Shown in pieces: positions 39,692 through 49,150 of a DNA stretch of 64,000 bases. The position numbers and the translations under genes were made by a program. The notes beneath the pieces were generated by a model. It had not been told where the DNA came from. It was given only the letters and a program-made list of their open reading frames with translations, and did no database searches. Position 1 is the first letter of the stretch. Every line of letters begins with the position of its first letter. Source of the stretch: Chlamydiales bacterium (GTDB lineage Bacteria; Chlamydiota; Chlamydiia; Chlamydiales; JBDQID01); NCBI GenBank assembly GCA_047611865.1, contig JBLFWS010000001.1, positions 32,001-96,000 on the forward strand, in the 5' to 3' direction.

Positions 39692-40591
39692 CTAGACCTG
39701 TTTTGCCTCATGCTCTTCTGCGGCTTTAGAAAGCCCGGAGACAAGTTCCTGAAACCCCCCCTCGAGTAGACCCAGTCCACTCAGGCTCTCCTTAAGAAAA
39801 GAAAGCTCCTCCTGAAGCACCTTTAAAGCTTTTTCAAAGCCAGCAACTACAACAAAATTTGTTTTACAGCCTCGGCTAGTGTCCTGCTCAACATCTCCAA
39901 AATCGTCTGCTATTTGAAATGCCATACCGAAATGCCACGCAGCCCTTTTAACCTCCTCGATTCGATCAATGCGTCCGCCCCCAAAAAGCCATCCAAGAAC
40001 AAAGGATAATTCAAAAAGAGCAACCGTTTTGGCTCGTATGACCCGCCGTAATGTCTCAAGGGTCTGATCTGGCGGATAGATGTCTAGAAACTGCCCTCCG
40101 GTAGCCCCCGCAATACCTGTATTGTAGGTCACGTTTTCCAAAGCGCGCATACAGATCTCATCACCCGAACCAGACAAAAAGTTATCGGGATTGTCACTTC
40201 GGGCGTGGGCATTTTTATAAATACATCGATATCCAGCTGAAATTAAGGCGTAGCTGGCCAATAGAGCCACTGCCTCGCCATATACCTTGTGGAGAGAGGG
40301 CTTACCCCTCCTCATGTCGTCGTTGTCCATACAGGGCAAATCATCGGCTATTAAAGAAGCCGTATGAAAATATTCTGCTGCAAGAGCGACATTTGTAACA
40401 TCTGTTTTTTGATCTAAGGCCTTTGCCACCATAAAAACAATAATAGGTCTCAGTCGCTTACCTCCATTGAGGAGTGCATACTCGCAAGCATCGCGAAGCT
40501 TGCTTTTCTCTCCAATTTGAGGAATGCTTTCAGCAATAGCCTTTTCGGCATACTCTAAAAAGTCTGCGAGCTGTGTATTTTGAAGTGTCAT
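39692..40591 (-). CDS. ispA: Polyprenyl diphosphate synthase
   Basis: GGKRLRP, DDLPCMDNDDMRRG, GQFLD, FQIADD. Confidence 0.9.
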   Translation of the reverse strand: MTLQNTQLADFLEYAEKAIAESIPQIGEKSKLRDACEYALLNGGKRLRPIIVFMVAKALDQKTDVTNVALAAEYFHTASLIADDLPCMDNDDMRRGKPSLHKVYGEAVALLASYALISAGYRCIYKNAHARSDNPDNFLSGSGDEICMRALENVTYNTGIAGATGGQFLDIYPPDQTLETLRRVIRAKTVALFELSFVLGWLFGGGRIDRIEEVKRAAWHFGMAFQIADDFGDVEQDTSRGCKTNFVVVAGFEKALKVLQEELSFLKESLSGLGLLEGGFQELVSGLSKAAEEHEAKQV

Positions 40592-40764
40592 GTTTTATAA
40601 CCGTGTAATGTAGTTAAAAGCGACCCTGCCCTTAAAGAAAATGAAAATAAGGCTGTCGATATGATAGCCCATATCAAAATGAGGGAGCGTTAGACAATTC
40701 TGTCTAGTTAACAGAAAGAAGATTAACAAAAAAAGAACACAAACGTCAAGTTCTCATAATCAAA

Positions 40765-41463
40765 TTACTTTAATGCCTTGCTCGTCTCTGAAATCTCGGC
40801 TTTATGCGAAGGCCGAATAGTGTGGTCACTTGGAATAAAGCCTCCAAAAGTCGTACAGGGATAACAAAGTACTCTTTTTCCAAGTAGGGTACCAGGATTC
40901 GTAACAGAGTTACAGCCAAGTTGAACGTTGTCTCCTAAAATCGCAGCAAACTTCCTGAGCCCCGTAGAAATTTTTTTTCCCTGAAACTGAACAACAATGC
41001 TTTGGTTATCTAATTTAAGATTTGCACATTTTGTCCCCGCTCCTAAATTTACTTGATTACCTAAAATACAGTCCCCAACGTAGGCGAAGTGGGCCGCTTG
41101 TGCTTTGTTGAGAAAAATAGCATTTTTTACTTCCGTCGCATGACCAATTACGCACTGGTCTCCAGTCACAACATTTCCACGTATATAGGCGCCATGTCGA
41201 ATGCTAGAGTTTTTTCCAATTATACAGGGGCCTTTAATATAGGCTGTAGGTTCGATTACAGTTCCCTTTCCAATAGAGATTAATTCAGGGTTTACGAGAT
41301 GAACGCCTTCGGGAATATCAACTTCAATATTTCCAAGGTCGTAGGCTTCTAAGTATGTGCTAATATTTGAAAGGGCTTCCCAAGGATAAGTGCAATTTTC
41401 AAAAATCTTTGCATGTTGAAACTCATTAAGATCAAAAAAGTAGGAAGGTGAAAGTTCATTCAT
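40765..41463 (-). CDS. glmU: GlmU C-terminal-like hexapeptide acetyltransferase (chlamydial short form)
   Basis: Left-handed beta-helix repeats, HFAYVGD, NLGAGT; no uridyltransferase domain; next to ispA. Confidence 0.75.
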   Translation of the reverse strand: MNELSPSYFFDLNEFQHAKIFENCTYPWEALSNISTYLEAYDLGNIEVDIPEGVHLVNPELISIGKGTVIEPTAYIKGPCIIGKNSSIRHGAYIRGNVVTGDQCVIGHATEVKNAIFLNKAQAAHFAYVGDCILGNQVNLGAGTKCANLKLDNQSIVVQFQGKKISTGLRKFAAILGDNVQLGCNSVTNPGTLLGKRVLCYPCTTFGGFIPSDHTIRPSHKAEISETSKALK

Positions 41464-41502
41464 GGGGGGGGGCTCCTTAAAATTTTCATGTTCTTACGAA
41501 CA

Positions 41503-41754
41503 TTATCAACAATGTTCCTTTAAAGAGGAATATAGAAAGATATTTTCTTCTTCTTCTTCAGAGGCTGTGGAGATGTTGATAAGTGTACATTTATACGTTA
41601 GCTAATAGGCTGTTCATAATTTGTCAGTAGTAGGTTAATAAGTTCTGAGTTTTGAACAAATTATAGGTTATGAACAAATATTGTACCCATGAGTTGACAG
41701 GTTTGTGAACAAATAAACAGAACATTTTTGTTGAGAAAACGCGATTGTGGAAAT
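41503..41754. promoter_or_regulatory. DnaA-box cluster 1 (left part of probable oriC)
   Basis: Box-like 9-mers TTATCAACA 41503, TGTGGAGAT/TGTTGATAA 41566-41582, TGTTCATAA 41611, TTATGAACA 41668, TTGTGAACA 41703, TGTGGAAAT 41746; (TTC)5 at 41545-41559. Confidence 0.7.
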
Positions 41755-41785
41755 GAAAATATAGTGAAAAATAGAAAGAACAGCC

Positions 41786-41803
41786 TAGCCATAAAGATGG
41801 CTA
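41786..41803 (-). terminator. Probable intrinsic terminator of flgB-flgC-fliE
   Basis: TAGCCAT-AAAG-ATGGCTA hairpin followed on the minus strand by a T-rich tract. Confidence 0.5.
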
Positions 41804-41848
41804 AGGAAAGAATGTAAACCCAAATATTTACAGACCAATCCTAAGTTA

Positions 41849-42208
41849 TTAGGATCCACGACTTATTTGTTCAAAGCTCTTAACGAGTTGTCCACGGATC
41901 TGCATCATCAAATCAAAGGCAGATTTTGCCTCATCCATAGCCATAACGACTTCATGAATATTTTCTGTTTCTCCAGCAACAAATCTCTGAATCTGTGCAT
42001 CAGAATCATGTTGTAAAGTATTCACTTCATCAAGATACCGGGAGAGAACATCCTTAAAAGTATGAGTATTCTCTAGGTTCGCCGATTCTTGAGGTTGAGG
42101 AACATTTATCTGAAGATCAGCACCTTTAACAAAAATTGAAGGATTTTGAAGTTTACTAGCTCGAACAGGTAAGCCTGAATTAACTTCGAGAAAACTTGAA
42201 TCAACCAT
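41849..42208 (-). CDS. fliE: Flagellar hook-basal body protein FliE
   Basis: FKDVL, VNTLQ, GETENIHEVVMAMDEAKSAFDLMMQIRGQLV; follows flgC. Confidence 0.9.
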   Translation of the reverse strand: MVDSSFLEVNSGLPVRASKLQNPSIFVKGADLQINVPQPQESANLENTHTFKDVLSRYLDEVNTLQHDSDAQIQRFVAGETENIHEVVMAMDEAKSAFDLMMQIRGQLVKSFEQISRGS

Positions 42209-42222
42209 TATATACCTCTAAA

Positions 42223-42705
42223 TTAGCCTCTGCCGATGGCAAGAGCTTGGCGGTTCATTTTATAGGACACGGCCATCACAGTTAAGTTAGCCTCGTAGGA
42301 AGCTGCCGCTATACGCAGGTCAGCCATTTCCTGAGAACCACTAACACTGGGATAATACACATAACCCGCATCAACACTACCGGCCTTTCGAGCCGCCGGG
42401 TGAGATGGAGCATATATTTTTTTTACACTGTTCTTTAGTTCTATCATTTTTTTTACACGAACACCGTTAATAACGTCACCATTAACCCTGTTTTCTCTGA
42501 ATTTTTCAGATAAGACCTTGGCAAAGAGGGGAACTTGTCTTGCATAGGGGACAAAATTGCCGCTTTTATCACGGACTCCCGTATCTAATGTGTGAGAGTT
42601 TGCAATGTTATTCGATATTGCATTCATCCACTGACGACTAGACTTAAGACCGGACGCGGCAACCCTTGAAGCTCTAAAGACATCGTTAATGTTTGAAGGA
42701 TACAT
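42223..42705 (-). CDS. flgC: Flagellar rod protein FlgC
   Basis: ASGL, ISNNIANS, PY.RQ, YAPSHPAA, GYVYYPSV, EMADL, SYEANL. Confidence 0.92.
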   Translation of the reverse strand: MYPSNINDVFRASRVAASGLKSSRQWMNAISNNIANSHTLDTGVRDKSGNFVPYARQVPLFAKVLSEKFRENRVNGDVINGVRVKKMIELKNSVKKIYAPSHPAARKAGSVDAGYVYYPSVSGSQEMADLRIAAASYEANLTVMAVSYKMNRQALAIGRG

Positions 42706-42706
42706 A

Positions 42707-43075
42707 TTAAGAGCCTCCCTTAATTGCGGTATTCAGCATTTTTACTTTCTTCGTATAAAGATCTGTGTAGATCTGGTAAAACATGGCATTTTCTTGCATG
42801 GAGGCCATTTCCATATCAATATCAACATTATTACCGTTATTACGAACAGCTGTATTAGTTGGACGATCAACAAAGCCCCTAATGTTGCGATAATCAGAAG
42901 CTTGGCCCTTAGCCATTGCCTCACGCAAGGCTTTGGAAAACTTAAATTCTCGTCTGCGATAATTAGGAGTGTTGACGTTAGCTATGTTTTGGGCAGACAC
43001 CTTATGCTTTGCTGAATGTAAATCTAGCATCTTCCCAAGGAGGGTAAAATTTTTGTTACCTATCTTTGTAAGCAT
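42707..43075 (-). CDS. flgB: Flagellar rod protein FlgB
   Basis: QNIANVNTPNY, RNNGNNVDIDMEM; start moved to ATG 43075 behind AGGAG (ORF track gives 43162). Confidence 0.92.
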   Translation of the reverse strand: MLTKIGNKNFTLLGKMLDLHSAKHKVSAQNIANVNTPNYRRREFKFSKALREAMAKGQASDYRNIRGFVDRPTNTAVRNNGNNVDIDMEMASMQENAMFYQIYTDLYTKKVKMLNTAIKGGS

Positions 43076-43109
43076 AATCTTGCTCCTAGCAGTTTTATAT
43101 TCTGAAACA

Positions 43110-43126
43110 AGCAAGACTGATGCCAA
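43110..43126 (-). promoter_or_regulatory. Sigma54 (-24/-12) promoter of flgB
   Basis: Minus strand reads TTGGCATCAGTCTTGCT, i.e. GG-N10-GC, about 35 nt upstream of the flgB ATG. Confidence 0.75.
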
Positions 43127-43220
43127 AAGGTTTTTAAGGGAGTCAAAAGAAGGAGTACCCAATAATTAGGTGGGCAATTTGTTCTTATAGGGAATTATTT
43201 TCTTAAGCCATTCAAATAAA

Positions 43221-43970
43221 TTATTGAAGCATCCAATTAATCGGAGCTTTGCCGTCCTTCTCAAGGAGACGATTGATTGTTGAAAAATGACGAGAACCAA
43301 AAAAACCAGAATTGGCTGAATATGGTGAAGGATGGGGTGAGCTTAATACAACATGATGCTTATGCTGGGAAAACTGCTCTAGCTGTTTATACTTTTCTTG
43401 AGCAGACTTTCCCCAGAGGACAAAAATAATGGCTTCTTCACGTTCTGCAAGGTGGGTAATTACAGCATCGGTAAAGCGTTCCCATCCTCTTCCATGATGG
43501 GACTTAGGTTCTCTCGTACGAACAGTAAGGGTAGCATTGAGAAGCAACACGCCCTGACGAGCCCAGTGTAAAAGGCAGCCATGCTTTGGATCGGGAATAC
43601 CAAGATCAGACCCAAGCTCTTTAAAAATGTTTTTCAGGGACGGAGGGGGCCGCACGCCTTTTGCAACACTAAAGCTCAAGCCGTGGGCTTGTCCTGGTCC
43701 ATGATAAGGATCCTGGCCCATTATGACTACTGAAACTTGGTGATAAAGAGTTTGATTAAAAGCGCTAAAGATTTCTTTTTCCGGGGGGTATACTTGCTTA
43801 CCTGCTGCTCTTTCTCCTTCCAAAAACAGAAGAAGTTCAGCAAAATAAGGTTTTTTAAATTCTCCCTCCAATTTCGATACCCAGCTTGGATCGAGAATCA
43901 TGGGTAGTTGGAGCTTATTTTTCATGAGAAATCTCCTAAAAACGGTCAAAAATGAGGGGAAAAATAACAT
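43221..43970 (-). CDS. ung: Uracil-DNA glycosylase
   Basis: GQDPYH, PPSLKNI, GVLLLN, HPSP; start may be MKNKLQ. Confidence 0.97.
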   Translation of the reverse strand: MLFFPSFLTVFRRFLMKNKLQLPMILDPSWVSKLEGEFKKPYFAELLLFLEGERAAGKQVYPPEKEIFSAFNQTLYHQVSVVIMGQDPYHGPGQAHGLSFSVAKGVRPPPSLKNIFKELGSDLGIPDPKHGCLLHWARQGVLLLNATLTVRTREPKSHHGRGWERFTDAVITHLAEREEAIIFVLWGKSAQEKYKQLEQFSQHKHHVVLSSPHPSPYSANSGFFGSRHFSTINRLLEKDGKAPINWMLQ

Positions 43971-44003
43971 TGATTATGTTTAAACAACAAGTTGAATTTG
44001 AGA

Positions 44004-44033
44004 TTGACGATAAAGTACTTAGGAAACTAGAAT
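44004..44033 (+). promoter_or_regulatory. Sigma66/70-type promoter
   Basis: TTGACG-N18-TAGAAT upstream of the ATG at 44064. Confidence 0.5.
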
Positions 44034-44063
44034 GTTGCATTCACATTTTCAGGAAATGTATTA

Positions 44064-44318
44064 ATGAAAAATCTTGCTGATAATTTTGTAGTACGCTTCA
44101 TCAATATTTCTCGTAAAAAAGAAGGCATATTCGCCAACTTTAAGGTTAAGGGAATCAAGGGTGGAACGTCAGTAACAGCTTCTATCGCAGTCGATATTTT
44201 GGAAGCTGAAGTAGATCCAACGGATCCACTAGAAAAAATCATTGAAGAATGTGCTCGAATTGCCGTAAAAGAGTTAAAGAAATCAGAGTTCCAATTCGAA
44301 GGCATGGCTTTAGTCTAA
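44064..44318 (+). CDS. Small conserved chlamydial protein (CT631-like by size and position)
   Basis: 84-aa ORF directly before tRNA-Pro, near glmU. Confidence 0.6.
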   Translation: MKNLADNFVVRFINISRKKEGIFANFKVKGIKGGTSVTASIAVDILEAEVDPTDPLEKIIEECARIAVKELKKSEFQFEGMALV

Positions 44319-44327
44319 TTTGTTTAT

Positions 44328-44402
44328 CTGGGTGTAGCGCAGCTTGGCTAGCGCACTTGCATGGGGTGTAAGGGGTCGGAGGTTCGAATCCTCTCACCCA
44401 GA
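44328..44402 (+). tRNA. tRNA-Pro(GGG)
   Basis: Acceptor stem CTGGGTG/CACCCAG, anticodon arm CTTGC-ATGGGGT-GTAAG, T-arm GGTTCGAATCC; CCA not encoded. Confidence 0.95.
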
Positions 44403-44554
44403 TTTTCTTTTTTTCACAACATAGTTCTAAATTTTCTCTAAAAATTAGATACAGATGTATCTGAGCATTCTCATGTTTTCAAATTCCCACTCTTTTTCAA
44501 AAAGTTTTTTTTATATTCTTTCCTTAGATCAACAAAACAACTCTATTTTCGCTA

Positions 44555-45200
44555 TGTGGGGAATTGTTCACAGTAGGAGAGAAGAGAATTGTCGAGCAAA
44601 ATGTCGATAGTTGTAAAGAAGTCGTATACCTGTGCATAACCACCCCACTTATAAACCTAGAGTTAACAAATTGCGAACAGGTCGCTACAGAGGAGAAAAC
44701 CCCTCTTATCAACAAGTCCACAGCCTCTGAAGAAGAAGAAGAGTATCTATATTTATTATTCTTCATAATAATCTCGGTGGAAAATCGTGTCTTTTCTCAA
44801 AACTTCAAAAAATGGGCATTTTGTGGATGAAATGTTCGCAAATAGAGAGAAAGAACTTGTTCAAGGAAATGAAGGTAACTATGTCGATAATGTTAAATTG
44901 TCAGTAAGCCGAAGTTTATAGACCAATAACGAACAAGTAATGAACAGCTACATTTAGGAGACAAATATACCCTATTGCAAACATCTCCACAGCATAAGAA
45001 GAAGAAGAAAACAGTTTAAATATAAATATTATAAAACATAGAGCATGTGGAAAGCTTAAAAATGGCAAACAATTTGAAAAGACTTTGATCGTCAATATTC
45101 GATCTCTTGAAATTTATGCCTAAACAAAATCTAAAGTAAGCCCTTAACTCGAACACTTTTTACCAAGTCACGTATTAATTTTTGAGAATGTTGTGTATAA
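44555..45200. promoter_or_regulatory. DnaA-box cluster 2 with AT-rich tract (right part of probable oriC)
   Basis: TGTGCATAA 44631 and TGTGTATAA 45192 match TTATNCACA; near-matches at 44555, 44564, 44706, 44822, 44882, 45046; GAA runs near 44729 and 44998; GC skew flips in this area. Confidence 0.8.
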
Positions 45201-45522
45201 CACATCTTACTTCGACAAAAATATGAGTTATAAGTGAAATGAAAGTAGGTCGAAATACTCCAAAAGCGGCTTCGCAATTTTAATATACAACTTCGATTTG
45301 CATATGGCATCGCCAGCTTTCTTGAATTAATTATGTGTTTCAAAACGCTAAAAAAGTCTCTAAAATAGAATTCCAAATTCGAAACTGGTTATGATGAATA
45401 CCCCAAACGAAATTCAAAATAAGCAAAAGCCTAAATTTAAAAATAAATCCAGCCCTAAAAGTAAAATAATCTTGTCAAAAAGGAGTCTATAGAGGTAAAA
45501 AGGCAGATAGCTTAGAAAAGGT

Positions 45523-46980
45523 ATGCCTCAATTTATAGAGGATAGGATGACTAGATTTACACACTGGAAAGTTTTTCTTGGAATTGTAGTTTTCATTTTT
45601 ATGTGCGGAGAAGCGAGCTTAGTTTCTCAAGCAACTGAAGATGAAAATCTTACTGAAAGCTCACGACCCAATATACATCGATTGAACAACAGTCAACTTC
45701 TTGCGCAGGCTGAAGCAGTGGAAAAGGTTCCTCTTGCGAAAAAATATTTTCTCGAAGGAAAAGTATTTTATGACCAAGGTGATTTTACAAATGCTTTAGA
45801 ATCATTTCGAAAATCACTCTTTGAAGACCCTACAGACCCTGTTCTTAACCATCTTATGGGTAGGTCCGCTTTTGAAATTGGGAGTTTTGAAGAAGCTTTG
45901 TTCGCCTTTGAAAGGGTTCTAGTGCTCAATCCAAACCTTGCTTTAAGTCGCCTTGAAAAAGCTCGAACACACCTTGCCCTGGGATCAAACCTGGAGGCTA
46001 AGGAAGAATTATTGCGGGTTTTAGAAGCGGATATCCCACCAGAAGTCAGAGCAAATGTGGAAACACTACTTGCGCAAATCGGCTCGGAAAGAAAACATGA
46101 AGTTAGTGGGGTAATGCTTTTCAGCAATACGTGGGATGCAAACGCAACGTTAGGAACAGGCGCCCTCCCTCTTCCACAAGCACCATCATTGACATCAGAC
46201 CCGACAACACAAAGTGATAGAATATTTTCTATGGCAGCTGTTTTAAGCCACAAGTATCCCTTGGCAAAGGAAGGGCTTACCTGGAAAAATGGAATTACTT
46301 GTTTTGCTTCGGATAACGTAACTTTAAATACGAACGATCTTTTACTGGGCGCTTATTCGAGTGGATTGGAATATTCTTTTAAGAGACATTTATTTGATGT
46401 AACCGGTTCAGCAACCGTAATCTTGCTAGCTGAGCATTTGTATCAAAGTACTCCTGCATTAACTGTGAAGTATAATTATGCTTATTCACCAAGGCTGAGT
46501 TTTACAACAGGAGGAAACTACACAAGAAGGCATCATTTTTCTACTGCAGGAACAGACCAAACTTTCGGTTTTGTAAACTCATATAATTTAGGTGTGAGCT
46601 TTCTCAAAGACGATAAAAACAGTTGGAATACCAGCTGGACTCAGAAGTTTGATAAATCACCTAGAGATTTGAAAGTAGCCTCTTCATATTACCGTTATGA
46701 ATTAGTCCTTGGTTATACACGAGTTTTAACAGACAGGCTTAGCCTAACGCTTAAAGGCACTCGTAGGCATGATGAGTACGCTATAATACACGATGTCTTT
46801 ACAGACCGGCAGAGAAGTGACATAACCCGTATTGGTAATTTGGCCTTAAATTTTAAGCTTACGCCAACCCTCTTGCTTGATATTGCTGGTGGGTACACTG
46901 ACAATGACTCGAACATTCCAAATAACACCTACATCACAAAGCAGGGGATTCTGACTTTGACAGCCCTGTTTGGGCCTTGA
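45523..46980 (+). CDS. TPR plus outer-membrane beta-barrel protein (Slam/DUF560-like)
   Basis: Signal-like N-terminus, TPRs (GRSAFEIG..EEALFAFERVL, RLEKAR), alternating beta-strand C-terminal half, NDSNIP..TY. Confidence 0.7.
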   Translation: MPQFIEDRMTRFTHWKVFLGIVVFIFMCGEASLVSQATEDENLTESSRPNIHRLNNSQLLAQAEAVEKVPLAKKYFLEGKVFYDQGDFTNALESFRKSLFEDPTDPVLNHLMGRSAFEIGSFEEALFAFERVLVLNPNLALSRLEKARTHLALGSNLEAKEELLRVLEADIPPEVRANVETLLAQIGSERKHEVSGVMLFSNTWDANATLGTGALPLPQAPSLTSDPTTQSDRIFSMAAVLSHKYPLAKEGLTWKNGITCFASDNVTLNTNDLLLGAYSSGLEYSFKRHLFDVTGSATVILLAEHLYQSTPALTVKYNYAYSPRLSFTTGGNYTRRHHFSTAGTDQTFGFVNSYNLGVSFLKDDKNSWNTSWTQKFDKSPRDLKVASSYYRYELVLGYTRVLTDRLSLTLKGTRRHDEYAIIHDVFTDRQRSDITRIGNLALNFKLTPTLLLDIAGGYTDNDSNIPNNTYITKQGILTLTALFGP

Positions 46981-47007
46981 TGACTAAAATTTATATGGAG
47001 GGTGTGA

Positions 47008-47253
47008 ATGCTTGGTGCTTGGGAAATTATTGTAATACTATTCGTTGTTTTGCTTTTGTTTGGAGGAAAAAAACTTCCAGAACTGGCCCGCAGTCTTGGA
47101 GAGGGGATACGGGAGTTTAAAAAGGCTTCTCAGGAGATTTCTCAGGAGCTTGAGGTTCGCGATGTTGCTCAGACACCGCCCTCCGCCCACAAGTCTAAAG
47201 AAAATGAAAAAATATTAGAAGTAGAGCCAGAAGAAAAGAAGACCGGTGGTTGA
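47008..47253 (+). CDS. tatA: Twin-arginine translocase TatA
   Basis: [32 protein letters not shown]. Confidence 0.95.
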   Translation: MLGAWEIIVILFVVLLLFGGKKLPELARSLGEGIREFKKASQEISQELEVRDVAQTPPSAHKSKENEKILEVEPEEKKTGG

Positions 47254-48181
47254 AACTGGCGGCATTGAGGGAAGCTTCTGGGATCATCTGGAGGATTTCC
47301 GAAAGACTATACTTTCTTGTGCTTTTGTGATTATTTTTTCATCTGTGATAGCGCTATTTTTCTACGAAAATGTTTTTTATATTCTTACTACGCCACTAAG
47401 ATCTTTGAATAAAGAAGAATTGGGGCGTGGAGCTGTATATAGATATCAAGTTAAGAGAGAGCGTATTGTCAATGAGGGTTCTCATGAGGTCACCTATACC
47501 ATGCTTGAAGATGGTCGTGGTGACCTGTCTTTCTCGAAAGGAGTAAGGCCTATTGGAGACGGCTCTTTTTTAATTGAAAGTGGTGGATATATTGATTTTG
47601 ACATTCCAGCAGATCACGAAGGTTTAGTGGTTTTCAGTCCTATAGAGGGAATGCTTACAACTTTTAAGGTGTCTTTTTGGGTGGGTTTGGTTTGTAGTGC
47701 TCCGATCTGGATGTTTATTATTCTGAGTTTTTTTAGCCCAGGCCTAAAGCATAAAGAGAAGAGACTTGTATTCCCCTTTATACTTATGTCATTAATTTTT
47801 ATGGGATTTGGGGTTTTATTTTCTCTTACTACCATAATCCCATTGGCAAACAGCTTTTTATATGCTTTCAATGCAAATATTGGAAATAATCTTTGGGCAT
47901 TATCACAGTACTTGAGTTTTACAACGGTTTTGTTGCTGTCTAACGTTTTGGCCTTCGAATTATTTGTACTTTTATTATTTTTGGTTCACTTGGGAATTTT
48001 GAGTTCGGAAGCCCTGCAGAAAAAGCGCCGTATAGCGATTGTGTCAGCATTTGTGCTTGGGGCGGTACTAACACCTCCGGACGTTCTTACGCAGTGCCTA
48101 CTGGCCTCCATTTTGATTATATTCTATGAATTAGCCATTGTATATGCGCGAGTTAGGTCTCGAAGAAAAAGACTTGCTTGA
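47246..48181 (+). CDS. tatC: Twin-arginine translocase TatC
   Basis: [29 protein letters not shown]; long first loop. Confidence 0.93.
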   Translation: MVETGGIEGSFWDHLEDFRKTILSCAFVIIFSSVIALFFYENVFYILTTPLRSLNKEELGRGAVYRYQVKRERIVNEGSHEVTYTMLEDGRGDLSFSKGVRPIGDGSFLIESGGYIDFDIPADHEGLVVFSPIEGMLTTFKVSFWVGLVCSAPIWMFIILSFFSPGLKHKEKRLVFPFILMSLIFMGFGVLFSLTTIIPLANSFLYAFNANIGNNLWALSQYLSFTTVLLLSNVLAFELFVLLLFLVHLGILSSEALQKKRRIAIVSAFVLGAVLTPPDVLTQCLLASILIIFYELAIVYARVRSRRKRLA

Positions 48182-48267
48182 ATTGTATCGTGATAAACAG
48201 CGAGATATATCGTAATCCACTGTTCGTAAATAAGATATGAGTTCTTTGGAGAAAAGGAAAAAAAACA

Positions 48268-48297
48268 AGCTTCTCCATGCCAAGCATTGGAGAAGCT
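48268..48297 (-). terminator. Intrinsic terminator
   Basis: AGCTTCTCCA...TGGAGAAGCT stem; the A-run at 48258-48265 gives a U-tract on the minus strand. Confidence 0.75.
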
Positions 48298-48317
48298 ATA
48301 AGACGTAAACAAAAGAA

Positions 48318-48869
48318 TTATTTCTTTGCTGTCACTGAAGTTCCGAGATTTGCAGCGGCCTCAATTTTGTCACGAAGCTGCAGTAGGTCATCTCTGTGTG
48401 CAGAAAGAATTTCTTTTGTTTGATCGGCTTTATCCAGTTCCTGAAGCCTTCCAACAAAATGGTTTAGTAGGTGGATTGTGCTTTCAGGGTCCGTAACAAA
48501 GTGAAACTCTTCGCCATCAATTCGTCTAACTCTGTTCAAAAAGGCTATTCTTTCCCCTTGAGTGAGAGTATCAGAAGTGATGATGTTTACGAATTCGCCC
48601 CTTTCATGGACTTCTTTAGAAAGCCTAATTGGAATAGAGAATTCGTCAATTATTAATTTTAGCGAGTCAAGTGACTTACCCTTAGCTATTTTATCTTTGG
48701 CCTTGCCGGTAAGAAAAGATTCAAATACATCATTCACTTGATCTTTGTTGTCACCAGAGGCACTAATAATAGCGTTCTGTACTTCTCTGAAAGTAGAACG
48801 GGTAATTTTCATAGAGAAAATGCGCTGTAGGGAAGACCTGATACGCGTTACCGTGCTTTCGTTTAACAT
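48318..48869 (-). CDS. CT584-like chlamydial T3SS-associated protein
   Basis: 183 aa, ITRSTFREVQN, RRIDGEEF; position downstream of parA-pGP6D as recalled for Chlamydia. Confidence 0.75.
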   Translation of the reverse strand: MLNESTVTRIRSSLQRIFSMKITRSTFREVQNAIISASGDNKDQVNDVFESFLTGKAKDKIAKGKSLDSLKLIIDEFSIPIRLSKEVHERGEFVNIITSDTLTQGERIAFLNRVRRIDGEEFHFVTDPESTIHLLNHFVGRLQELDKADQTKEILSAHRDDLLQLRDKIEAAANLGTSVTAKK

Positions 48870-49150
48870 TTAATCTCTCCTGGTTTGATGGATAAATTTT
48901 TATCTTCCTTTGATCTGAGGCATCGCTTTTCTACTAGCCCCATAAAATATCCATGGGAAAATGATTTATCTGTATATCTAGTATACAAAAAATATTCGGG
49001 TAAATCTAGAGACTTCTTGAATAAATGAAAATTAATTTCATAAGTTTTCTCTGGTTTCAGTCTTAATTGTTGAGATAGGAAATAATTAAAAAGTAAAAAA
49101 AGTAACTCTTAAAAAAAACATGAGCGATAAAGTACTTAATTAGGAAGGGT

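Noticed and set aside
44524..44830. Overlapping 80-aa (-) and 88-aa (+) ORFs with poly-Ser/poly-Glu
   Set aside because: The runs are translations of the (GAA)n module inside the DnaA-box cluster; most likely non-coding.
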